Origin: Asterias rubens
Taxonomy: Eukaryota
Length of the DNA: 64,000 bases
Assembly: GCF_902459465.1 (NCBI RefSeq)
Contig: NC_047062.1
Location: forward strand, 20,708,001-20,772,000
Direction of reading: 5' to 3'
Below, piece after piece: positions 1-22,200 of this stretch (position 1 is the stretch's first letter; each line of letters starts with the position of its first letter). The translations under genes and the position numbers were made by a program. Below the pieces are notes generated by a model that was given only the letters and a program-made list of their open reading frames with translations, was not told the DNA's origin and did not search any database.

Positions 1-439
1 AATTAAAGCATCTATTATAGATGTATGTGCTAAAATAAATAAATGTTTAATGTCCTTTTGTGAAGTTGGTCCTTGAGGATTGTATGGCTTTACACGGGGC
101 TGCTGCAGGGCAGACACAATCCCCTTGGTGCGTGTGGTTTCTGTGATGGGTCTACAGATGGAACAAAGTGCACTTGTTTTTTAAATTATGAAAGATTCAG
201 ACCCAACGTCTGCAACAGGTGGATCGTGCAATTACCATCCTAGATGAAAAGGCAATGCATTTAATTGACTAGGGGAAGGTTGCATAGAAAGCGACCTGGT
301 TAGTTTGTTGCGATCAATGGCTATTCATTTCCTATATCCAAGTTATTAGTTCATTAAAGATCGTTTATAAACTCAACTGACAGTGAACTTCTTTCAACCG
401 CATATAAAGTACAGGTGTGTTTTTTTGTTCATGGTTCGC

Positions 440-811
440 TTAAAGACACCGGGCACCTATAATTCTCAAAGACCAGTCTTCTCACTTGGTGCATCTCAAC
501 ATCTGCGTAAAATAACCAACCTGTTAATATTTGAACTCAATCAGTCGTTGAAGTTGCGAGATAATAATGAAAGAAAAACAAACTTGTCGCTTGTGCGCTT
601 TCAGATGCTTGATTTCGAGACCTCAGTTGTCTAGGTCTCGAATACAGTTGAAGATGATATTGATAATTACTCAAAAACTGCGTTACTTCAGACTAGGGAG
701 TCGTTTATCACATTGTTTGATACTATCAACAGCTTCCCATTGCTAGTTACCAAGTAAGTTGTTATGTCAACAATTTGTTTGAGTAATTACCAGTATTGTA
801 CATCGCTTTAA
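440..811 (+). mobile_element. TTAA-flanked MITE, family A (Kolobok/T2-type), diverged copy
   Basis: Shares the internal sequence (gaccagtcttctcacttggtg...ttcagatgcttgatttcgagacctc...gagtaattacc) with the other family A copies; degenerate termini. Confidence 0.8.
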
Positions 812-1572
812 ACGTGGGTTTGAGCAATGTTATTCAGTCCAATTTAATTATCCATATAGGGACTATAGCTCCGCAAAGTAATGTGATAAATGCACGTTTT
901 TCTCACTCTGTATGTCTGCCTGATTTCTGATGGTGTACACCGCTGTAAAAAATTAATATATGCAATGTTTTCGACTGAAAGAAATTAAATGAATATTTTT
1001 CATTCCGTGTTAGCTTTTCATTCTAGTTGTATACTGTATGATCACAAAGCTTCAGGTTAGTGTTTGTAGTTCGTTTTATATGTAAATTGCAATAAATGGA
1101 TTTAAAAGCCCATAGGAAAGTCGTCAATTAGTGGCTTTGCTTTTACTAGTATTTTTGGCATCAAATTTATGACTTGCCTGGAAGCCTGTAATGGGTAAAA
1201 CTCATGGAATTAAAACAGCCGCTGTTTTATGTCAGTAAAAAAGGACCAGTAAGGAATGGTTGTCTTTATTTTCTTCTTCTTCTTTTTTTATCGAAAATTG
1301 ACACAGCGTTTTCATCCTAATGCATTTGTTCGTTTGCAAGAAGGGGGGGGGGTCTAGATGAAAACACTGGAAGTTAAAATAAATAATTAACAAGGGTTTA
1401 TGTTACCAGCAATGTTATACCTAATTAAGTATTTATTGTTTAATTGACCTTGCATTGTACTAATTTCCCTAATTGGTTTTGTCTCTCTTCTGAAACAATG
1501 TCAATTAGTTTTCAAGGTTTCTTGTAAAGTGGAATGTACTATTATGTAAAAAAGAAATAAAAAAATAATGAA

Positions 1573-1613
1573 TGGCCTGACGTTTCGACCATAGCAACAT
1601 TTTTCTCGAAGGC
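1573..1613 (-). ncRNA. Minimal hammerhead-like motif, family 2 (variant core), Penelope-associated type
   Basis: Minus strand GCCT-TCGAGAAA-[stem II, damaged]-GTC-GAAAC-GTC-AGGC; related copies at 4244-4292 and 14056-14124. Confidence 0.5.
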
Positions 1614-3069
1614 TATCATTTAAAACATTTAACCGACTGATATTTATTTATTTCAAAAAAGTCGAACTGATCGTCATTTTGCCAACAACAGACGGAAAAC
1701 CTTTCTACAACAGTATTTTGCGTGAGGCTTACTGCGCAGGGGTCAAGTGAGCGTCTTTGTCTTTTATACCGACCGGGGGTACGTGAACTGGGTTCCACAA
1801 CCTCATCCCCAACCCCCGATTATAATGACCCTCATAATTACTGCCTCATAATTATTGGGGTCCTCTCCCAATCTCTTAGAGCGGCTCCTTCACTAAAACT
1901 CTTCACTCGATTGCAATTAGTCCCCCGGCCCTGAAAGCAGTTCCCGCTTCGTTTACGGGATCAATAAATAGTGTTATAAACTGATACGTTATTACTATTC
2001 AAAAACGTTTACCGCACAATCACAAAGCAGGGACGACTATTATATACACTCCCACACATTACCATCCACAGTTAATGTACAAGGGAACTTAGTTTCACAC
2101 ATACGTGTAATCTTAATGCCCACTTTAGACCCAAAAAATGTTTGCCACATTTCAGCGAGTCGTAACAATAACCGTCGTTATTGATTTTCTGCTAATGGGA
2201 AATATTTGCGCACACACAAGCTCTATGCATTACTCTAATTATTACTATACTGATCTGGCCATATGGCAGGGGGAAACCTGTTGCTATAATGCAACGTGGA
2301 TGTCCTATTTTACCCAACACACACATACAGCTAGCTCATACTGTCCACGACGGTTCCTTCGAGACTGAGGTAATTTATAAAATTTCCCAGACGTGATGGA
2401 TATTACAAACGAAAGTTGAACATCCTCACATACGAATTCAACATTGTGAATTGGCCAAGGATGAACCACTAAGGGCATACACTCCTTTTCAGAACATTTC
2501 TTGGTGTATGCCTCGCGCCAGTTAAACCGAGTACAATTATTAAAACGAAAAACGAATATTTTTCTGCGCGCATTCAACTTTGGAATTGCGTTTGTAAACG
2601 GGGAAAACAGTCAAAATTAGCTTTTATGTTTAAAGGATTTAAACACAGTTAATAAAATGTTTACACTGGAACCCTACTTATGAAATCGAAGAATATTGAT
2701 TAAAAATGTATTCAAAAACAACATGTTATTTGCATACCGAAAAGGAAGAATGTGTCTTATCGATAATTTATTGATAAAATTTGATAATGAATATTCATCT
2801 TCTGGTGTACATATCGTTACCATCTGTTCAAGTTCAACGTTCATTGTTGATGTATACAGAACAAAAGCAAATAAACCATGTCTGTCTTTCAGACCAATTA
2901 AAGTCTAACACGTTGTATTGTAATGAATTTCTTTTGCACGCGTGGATGGAACATTCCATATTCGATTAAAGTATTGTTTTTCACGCAATTAAAAATAGCT
3001 GGTGCCATTGGTCTTTGGTTGTATTTATCCCAGATTTTTTTATTTTTATTAAAGAAGACAATAAAGTTA

Positions 3070-3203
3070 TAAGGCTGTGTCCGAAACGACGACTTCGGCT
3101 ACAGCTACGTCTAGATCAGCGCGTCTACCAGTGTTGAAGAATAGCAGACGCGCGCGATCTAGCCGTAGCTGTAGCCGAAGTCGCCGTTTCGGACACGGCC
3201 TTA
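3070..3203. mobile_element. Foldback MITE (TA|AGGC...GCCT|TA)
   Basis: About 60-bp near-perfect inverted arms around a short spacer; related copy at 27711-27829. Confidence 0.75.
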
Positions 3204-3438
3204 CACTGCATTGTTTAACATTGCTGTGCATTTTTACTAAATTAAATTTGACTTCGACGAAGATAACATCATAACGATGTAATACAGTTCCTTCATTCAT
3301 TTGTGTTGCAAGCCAATTTTAGTAATTATCATGACGCTCACGAGTTTCTATGCATTATTATTGATTTAATGGTAACTTTGACGCAATTTAATTTTCTGAT
3401 TGTGATGTCTTTTTTGTATTTTTAAACAATTGTATTAA

Positions 3439-3487
<49 letters not shown>

Positions 3488-3490
3488 ATC
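3439..3490. repeat. (TATC)n microsatellite
   Basis: Directly visible run grading into (TA)n. Confidence 0.95.
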
Positions 3491-4243
3491 GATAAAAGTC
3501 ACACCAACTTCAAAGTTGCCAATAAATACAGCGAAAAGTCTCTAGGTTGCATTTCGTTCACCGTAAAAAAAATATAGATATACAAATAAGAGTGATAAGT
3601 CTGGGGAAATGATGCCAAGTACATAGGTACACTACCCGGGTACATATGCATTTGTGTAGTGCCTGCACGTAAAAGAACACAGAACACTTATCATGGAAGG
3701 GTCGGGGTTAGACCAAGGTTTCTGGTTCACTATAGAAAGCACCCGTGTTTACAGGTTTCCTCAGGCATGCACGCTACACTGATTCAGTCCCCTTGTCCCC
3801 TTGATCCGACAAGTATGAGTTGATGTTAGTTCCAATTGTACTGAGAAGTATATACGGTCTTTATAATGACTCCACATTGTAAATGTGACCGGAAAATCGC
3901 TAAGATTTGTTAGTTAGTTCGGCCATGAACTCCTTACACACTCGAAAGTAGTTGTCTTACTATTCACAGCCAATTTGTAAAGGTCGGTTTAAATACTTCC
4001 ACAATAGCACCTGTACCGTGAGAACTCAGCGCATGGAAAGGGTGGTGCACACGTGCAGTATAAGTACACGTCCTAACACTGGCCATGGCTGTGTTATTAA
4101 GTTCTTCATTTCAAATCAGTAGTGTAAAATTGGTGCGAAAATAAAATTAGCTGTTGCAAACTGCCCAATTTTATTTCTTGGGAAAATAGAATTTGGTTGT
4201 TGCAACCGAAATGACCTATGGTATGTGTGGGAAAAGATTAAAA

Positions 4244-4292
4244 TGGCCTGACGTTTTGACCCTGGCACTAGCAGAGCCTTTCTCGCCAGGCT
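4244..4292 (-). ncRNA. Minimal hammerhead-like motif, family 2, degenerate copy
   Basis: Plus strand tggcctgacgttttgacc...tagcagagcctttctcgccaggc, homologous to 1573-1613; GAAAC changed to AAAAC. Confidence 0.4.
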
Positions 4293-4580
4293 GTAAGCTA
4301 CTTTTGCGATTTATTTCTTGAAAACTAATTATCCTCATAAAATTCAAACCACCACCATCCAAACGTGTAAACAACAACATGAATCCCTCCCCACCCACCA
4401 ATATGCGTCGACAACATTACCCCGCCCCTCCCTTCCCACCCATCACCCACTAAATGTTAAGTTCATCGCGTAATTTGCCTACATTAATAAAGTTCCTCTG
4501 AACTTTGGAAAATAAGATGTTGTGGAAAAGATTTACACAAAGATCTATTGAATCCACTATTTCGCCCCGCTGTTACTCAC

Positions 4581-4842
4581 CAAGTCCAGGCGTAAAGATA
4601 TTGAAAAGGCAGCAAATTAGTGCCATTGGCATAGGCATACAGGGCACAGCAGACCTGAACGAGCCATGCTTCTCTCGTACACTAATAATGACATCTTTGG
4701 TCGTGGAAAGCTGTCTGTTAGAAATGAAAACATGTGCCTCCTCGGCACGGCTACGGGGCGATCCGCCCTCGCCCCCTTCAGCTGGTGAACAGCTTGACTC
4801 CGTCGTCAGTTCAACTTTCACCGATGCATCCTCCGAAGCCAT
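4581..4842 (-). CDS. STUM: Protein stum homolog, coding exon 1 (later exons not found; probably before position 1)
   Basis: ATG 4842; MASEDASVK...[37 protein letters not shown]|G closely matches the STUM motif [36 protein letters not shown]; phase-1 donor G|GTGAGT at 4580. Confidence 0.8.
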
Positions 4843-5893
4843 AGTTCTTGTGGTTTCAAGTTTATACCCGTTCACTCTTCACAGACTGCGCTTCGTAAAA
4901 GTACACCTGCGAATGTTCCACATTGGCAATTACGACAACATTCAATGTAGTAAATTTGCTGATAGTGCTCTTTGCGTACTTGGTGATGTGCCCCTATACC
5001 GCAGTAAATCAACATTCATACACAGGAATCAACATAATTTCATTCCTAGTCAACGACGCATGCATTATGTCCATGGGACTTCTAACAGACTGTACGGAAT
5101 TCCCACGATTGACAGCAGATGAAGAGAAAGGGGAAAAAACCGTCGTCACCGTTATATTGCATGAATGATGGAACAATGCTGTCTGGTTCCACTAGGCTCC
5201 GGTTCACGTGTGTGTACACACCGCACTGCGTGTTGAGTGCACGGCTCTCGAAAGTAAATACCTTCTATATACCGTTTTTTTTTTGGTTGATCATTCATTT
5301 AAGGATATTATCCACATGCATGCTGCGCAATCATGAGTGTGTGCGACCTCGTACCCATGGTAATCAACCCCTATATAGCGATTCTCGCACTGATAGCGAG
5401 CGAGCGAGCAGTGGAGTGTCTAGGCCACATCCTCGTTTTCAGTGAACAAACTAACGAAGTATGTTCAACTCATCATTGTCTTTTTGTTGTTCTATATTTT
5501 TTTCATTGAATTGTTTATTGTGTTTAGTTCTTTGTGTTTACACGGCTTAGTGTCAACGAAATAGGTCTACTGTGGATACATAAACTACGCCCTTTTCATT
5601 GTTGGCAGACGGCTGTTCAAATATAGCCACAACCAGGCAAGATGAATGTTAGATAATTATAAAGTATATTTTTTATATCATATTGCTATATTTTATCAAA
5701 CCACACTTTAAAATACCTCTGATATATTCTAAAATGCTACAACAAATATTCAAGGCATGTATTGGCTAAGAGGTAGTCAGAGAACCACGAAACATTACAA
5801 TACAATGTTATTTTGTTATTTGCCAAAGGCAAAACTTCGCTTTAAAAATGAGTTACAAATGAGCCAAAAAGCGGCTTCGCACTTTTATGTTAG

Positions 5894-5910
5894 AGCGCCC
5901 CCTCGTGGTC
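5894..5910 (-). promoter_or_regulatory. CTCF-like binding motif
   Basis: Minus strand GACCACGAGGGGGCGCT fits the CTCF core CCACNAGGGGGCGC; lies between the astacin stop and the stum 5' end. Confidence 0.45.
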
Positions 5911-6061
5911 AAACAAACTCCCATTTTAATCAACAACCCTTTAAAAATTTCGAAACGGTTCAAATAATTTATGTAACTAATAAATTCTGTTGGTATCTTT
6001 TAAAATAATAAACTTCAAACCAGTGCGGTACGGTGAACCCGACGGGTAAACCTGGAATGTT

Positions 6062-16266
<10,205 letters not shown>

Positions 16267-17985
16267 CGAGAAGCAAAACGTCTTCGCACGAGAACACGCA
16301 TCCAAAGTGCTACACTTTGCACCAGCAACTACGGTTATATACCAACTTTACTAAGATATTTTACACATCACCCGCAAGTTTACAATTGACAGTTACTCCG
16401 GATTGCCAATTAGTTTGTATCTCACTATCGATCTCAAGTCAGATCAGAAAGGTACAAGAACAACACCAGAAGCACGTTGCCATACTTAATTAAAATGGGT
16501 TGTGTTTACAGAGACATCATCTACAGTGTGAGTTTTAAATTGTCAGAGTAATACTACACACTTTATTCAAATTGACTTATCGCTGTTTACACCTTCAAAC
16601 TGTATCTAACACTGTTACAGCTTAGATTAGGGCTTTGTTCATAAAACATTTCGCATATATTTTGATAAGCAAATAGAAACTGTACTATTGTGCTTCGGAA
16701 AGCTCGAACAAAAATCACAAAAACCAAACAAAAAGGAAAACCACACAATTTCAATTATACTCTATTATACAATCAACCATAACAATTTCATAGCAAACTC
16801 TTTTATATCACAAACCACCCGATCCTATAAGGTAATGTGTCCCTCTAGTGTTTTACATTTGCACACAATTCCAAATAGGCCGACTCTCACCATTACAAAT
16901 TGAAGTGTCTATTGACTTGATAAAAGGTACAGTAAAACCAAATAATTCCCTCTGGATTTAAAATACCAACTCTTACCCCAAATACAAACACCGTCTAGTA
17001 AAAGTATTAGCCGATTCCCATAACATGTGAATGCTTAAAGGCCGTGGCTATTGTGAGCTTTGCATACTATACATCCTGGGTACCTGGCAAAATCACCCTA
17101 CTATCGTCCCTTGCTCGAACTTGCTCTAAGATGTAGTTATTTTTTACTTTAGCGCCCTCTTTGTCGCGCAAATTTGGAGTCTCAATTAATAATTGGGGGT
17201 TTGGCTATTGCTTAATATTCAGAGATATTGTCATGGACCTAGTAGTGGAGTCAAAGTGATTTTTTCAATTCTTCTTAAAGTTTGGGATTCACAAGTCTCG
17301 ATGAAGAACAATAACGGAATTGGGTGGTTGTTTATTTCTAGTGTTTCATTCAGTAAATTCATGTGGGGTTTCTGTATGAAATTTTGGCTTTCGGGGTATT
17401 TCGGTCGTTCATGGAGGGCAAAACTGGGTGGGTTCTGTTTTGATAAAATACCTTATGAGAAAAATTCTGAGTAAGTAAAACACAGTGACAGACACTTAAC
17501 TCTTCTTTAATTTTCATTACTTTAGACAATTTTATTTAAAACATATTTGATCAAACAAATATTTGATCAAACAAAATTGCTCAAGTGTTCATAGTTTGTA
17601 ATTCCTGGGTACACTCCCGCACATAAAACCATATAAGGGGACACTATTGTTGTATCTCGAAGAACCTCCATAGATATAAAGAGTAGGGGTAACTATTCCC
17701 CAATTATGTTCCCATATCTAATATACCAAGGGCGGGGTCAAATCAAAGGGTGGACCTACATGATAATATTGACATACATGTACATAGTCCATTTCTACCG
17801 TGACACTCTACCGTAACACACTACCGTGTCACATTATGATCATCAAAGGCACAGGCTCCAAACTTTCCCTTAAAGGAGTGTACAAACTTTCCGATTGCAC
17901 CTATTTATTTTCATATTCATTCAAACTGTCCCTACCCATGTTCCTGGTCCATGAGTGTGAGAACAACTTGGTGCTAAGAACCACA

Positions 17986-18173
17986 TAGCCTTGTGTCAAG
18001 ACATTCGTGGCTTGGACAGCTTCGTAGAGCCGCGATCCCAAGCGACTGGAATGGAAGACCAGACACCGAGTCGAGTGGATGTGCCATTAAATGCGTGGTC
18101 TCCCCCTCCAGTCGCTTGGGATAGCAGCTCTATGAAGCTGTCAAAGCCTTGAAAAGTACTTGACAAAAGGCTA
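17986..18173. repeat. 188-bp foldback inverted repeat (long hairpin)
   Basis: Arms 18009-18050 and 18107-18148 match at 38/42 positions; outer arms 17986-18000 and 18159-18173 match at 14/15. Confidence 0.9.
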
Positions 18174-19227
18174 CGACCCACCACAGACCTCATGGATTCG
18201 ACACCAACGCCAGGCGACATGAGTTGACTCACTGTATTTGTTTATTTATTTCATAATGCAAAGGACGTAATATTGCTTATAAATTAATTATTATCAAATC
18301 AACAGCTTAAATTCTATAAGCTTTATTCATAATTAGTGGACAGCGTTTCTAATTGTTTTCACGAAACTTCATCCACATCTGAACTTGAGATTCCTCGACC
18401 AGATATGGAGGACAAATCCACGCGTATGTTTTTCGGTATACCAACAACACGATGAGAACATAAATCTTTATTTTAGCAAATAAAATCCATGAAGAAGTGT
18501 AGGGGAAACAAGTTTACCACTGTTAAGGGCCTACAACAACTTAGTCAACTCCCACATGGTACATTTGAAGTACGACTAGTTGTAGCTCCTTCTGGTCCTT
18601 GCTCTATGTAGATACCAAGCTTGTTTTGGTCGTGAACATAAATTGGTCCTTTTCCAAATTAACCACGCACGGCTCCACTACTTAGGCTCTGACCACCCCG
18701 TTTAAAGCACTGATGGTACCTATCTAAAAGTCGGAGCAGAAACAAAAAACCGTGGTTTCTTAAAGGGACATTCCCTTGGACGTCATCACAGACTAAAACA
18801 GCGCCCTCACTGAGGTCATGACCTTCCATTGGTTAAGAGTTGTGCCTGAGAGTTGTACCTTTCCATAAATTGCGCATAGTGCATGGCTGGCAAAAATGAG
18901 GACACATCGCACCTTTAGGAAGGAATAATTGTCTTCAGTAATGTCGGGGGGGGGGAGGTTAGCAACTCTAATCCCTCATTACTACCAACATCAATAATCT
19001 TTTTTGGAGAATAAAGTGGAAACAAACACAAATAAATAACACTATTAAAGTAATTTGTGATGGAAATTATTTTCCATCACTCATGAAAGCGCTCTGCGTT
19101 TAACAACATTTATTCAGCATCTTAAAGAAGCTTTTTAAAATGCAAAACATAAACAAATATTATTGCATTTCGGAGAATGAAATAATAACCACTCCCAAAG
19201 CAAGTGTATGCATCAAGTAGCTTCGTG

Positions 19228-22200
19228 TCATCTGGGCGTTGGTGGCGCTATTTGGAATTTTTGTGATGACAAGTTTATATCGCAAAGTTGGACAGTCACT
19301 TGAAAACTTCCTATATCGAGCTGGAGACAGTCTGAGGTAGTCTTTACCCGCAGCTGCCCAGTCCCCTGTGTACAAAGAATATAAACATATGGATAAGAAA
19401 CTTAAAAGACATTCACCAACGTAAAACACTTTTTTCAAAGATTTTCAAAGGTTCACAACTTGGGAAGAAGTCCACAACCTTGGTGAGATTCCAGCCCACT
19501 TTTCCCACGCTCCGTTGTCTTAACATTGTGCACTGGACTTACGAGTCGGACCATTGACAAATTCCAGCAATGAAATCAAACGAGTTATTAATGTACATCT
19601 CCACGAAGATAACCCATTCACATTTGAATAGTCACATACTATTGGGGATCGTAACGTTGTTTGAACGATAATATTACTCATATTACTAACAGCATTTGGT
19701 TGCCTTCGAGTTGCCCGTAAAAGTTGCATCGTGTGACAAGGCCCTTAGACCTTTCAGCACTAATCGAATAGCATACAACCTTTAATTGTTTCCCTCAACC
19801 CAGGCACACAATTGGAAAAAAAAAAAGAAAAAAAAACTTAAATAATACTGAAGTGTTGTTTGAAGCTTTGCATTGTATGAAGGATAAGAATATATGACAC
19901 TGTATTATAATCACAACTTGTTTAAACATTAATAAGGACATTACACTGTGACATTGTGACAACAAGAGCATAATTTCTTGCATAATATTAACCTACCTCA
20001 TCGAACTCCCAGACTGTTGTATCTCCCACGGTGCCACACTCTTTGATTAGCACCTGACCCATCATTGGTATAATACAGTATTTATGAACAACTAACTCGC
20101 CAGCAACGTTCAAACGAAACAGTTGGTTTCCGCCTAAACCGTGACAATGAGACGCCCCCAAGAGTCCGTTACTGCCATCGCGACCCATTGTGTCAAGGCA
20201 CATATCGCTGTATAGGCCCCGTATCTGGAAAGAGTATAAAACGTCGACCAGATAAATGACTCTTCTTAGCATTGCCATTCATGCGCTCAGTGTTATTATC
20301 ATGCTTTCAAGGCAAACTACGTGATTTACATGCTTTTTCCCAATCGGGAAAGTACCAATCCTTCAGAGAAATATTTTGCTCTGATGAAGTTAACCCTTAT
20401 GAACATGCCCCATCTTTGAAATAATATACCGCAATGCATAATGGGAAACCGAGTACAGTTTAACAATAGATCATGCAACTACAAAATGATGTATAGCTGG
20501 GAACCGCATTAGCTTCAAAACCAGTGCTGGGTTGCTGGTGTCAGATGCAATTGTGTACGCCATGCAATACTGTCCGCTCCGGACACTTTTGCATATGCAA
20601 TCGTGTCCGGGGCTATGCAAAAACCGTCAGGTGGACATGTACATGACTGTACATGTATGTGCGCTCGTTAGCGAGCGTGCATGCACTGAACCGACGTATG
20701 CAGCAATATTCACGTATTTTATGATTGCAGCGAATACCCAACGGCCGAACATTTCCAATGTCATTCATGACATGCACTTAGCTTGTAAAAAAATGGCGAA
20801 CGTTTTCCGTCGACCAAGGGCGTTTAATTTACTGCAAGGACGGTTTTGCACGGGGGCGGACACAACTGCACATGTTAAACCGTCCGGCGGACACGATTGC
20901 ATATGCAATAATGTCCTCCGGGTAGAATTGCATAGAGGACATAATTGCACGCGACACCGGTGTTGATTTGACTCAGATTTCACCAGAATCTTTTACGCGC
21001 CTACCATGCCCAATGTAACATGCTTTATGAATTATCTGTTCGATTGTTTACAGGTTAGTTAGATGGTGTGTGTTAGTTTAAAACTAGACAACAAAATAAA
21101 AGGTAAATAACACAAGCCGAAGTAAGCAACAAAACATGCACTGGCTCGAAAGGCAAGCAAAGCGCCCTCTTCCGTTATTATGCAAGAGCAAAATTAGAAA
21201 GGCACGATCTGAAAAAAAGAGGAAAAGACATATCTTACCTCTCCCCATAGTTTGTTGACTGGAGGTGGCGGGAATTTCTCTAATGTGTCAAAGGCGACTT
21301 CTTTCATGAACCAATCGAATGACTTGTGGCAGTGTTGGCGCCTGAAGCGGACTTGGTCTGTGATATTGCCGAAAGGTTTGCCGCGAAGCTCTGGTTGATT
21401 GGCATAGAAGAAATCAATGTATTCGTCCAGCCACACTTCGGCAACTCTCATGTAATTCTAGATTAAATAATCATCAATACCCTAAGTAACATTGGTCAAT
21501 GCAAGAAACTATAGACAATAATATCTTTGCAAAAAGAGTCACCTTGTACATTTCAAGATCTTTCTGGCAGGCAATTTTATCACGTGGTATTTTTTACTTT
21601 GTGTTTTAATTTGTACATAAATTCAAAAGTTTAAAAGTAACAGCTCGTGCATGGAAACGAATCATTCCGCTTACCGTCTGAACGACAGAGACTCCGGTGC
21701 CAAGATCCGGGTAGGAATACGGAACGCCTTTTCTGTAGATGTGACCAACTCTGGAACACGGAACGAACTTAAGCTTTCCTCCACACATCCATATCTGATG
21801 GATGAATATTTGGTAATCATTGGACACTTTCGGAACAATTCTTTTTTTAAAGTTCACAGATTTACAAATAACTTACAGGGTTTACAGAAGATAATTTCTC
21901 TTGAAATATTATTCCATGAAATGCTTTACTTTTTGAGAAAACATTAAAACAATATAAATTCTCGATATCGAGAATTACGGATTTATTTTAAACACATGTC
22001 ATGACACGGCGAAACGTGCGGAAACAAGGGTGGGTTTTCCCGTTATTTTCTCCCGACTCCGATAACCAACTGAGTCTAAATTTTCACAGGTTTGTTATTT
22101 TATATGTAAGTTGTGATACACGAAGTGTGGGCCTTGGACAATACTGTTTCAATGGATTTAATGTTATAATGGCAATGAAACTTACTTGGCTTTGGAGTAC

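Noticed and set aside
41-156. Possible minus-strand exon after ctgtag (PITETTRTKG...)
   Set aside because: No similarity to the expected stum exon 2 or any family I recognise; no clear donor.
3499-3662. Candidate stum exon 2 with a good acceptor giving G|GC ACT
   Set aside because: The following translation (TQMHMYPGSV) does not resemble the STUM hydrophobic segment.
4505-5122. 205-aa plus-strand ORF
   Set aside because: Starts at TTG, has no recognisable motif and is the antisense shadow of stum exon 1 and its leader.
20532-20966. Long ORFs in family D and family A repeats (also 10851-11303, 63057-63446, 383-634)
   Set aside because: Different copies are open in different frames and encode no transposase motif; chance ORFs in non-autonomous elements.
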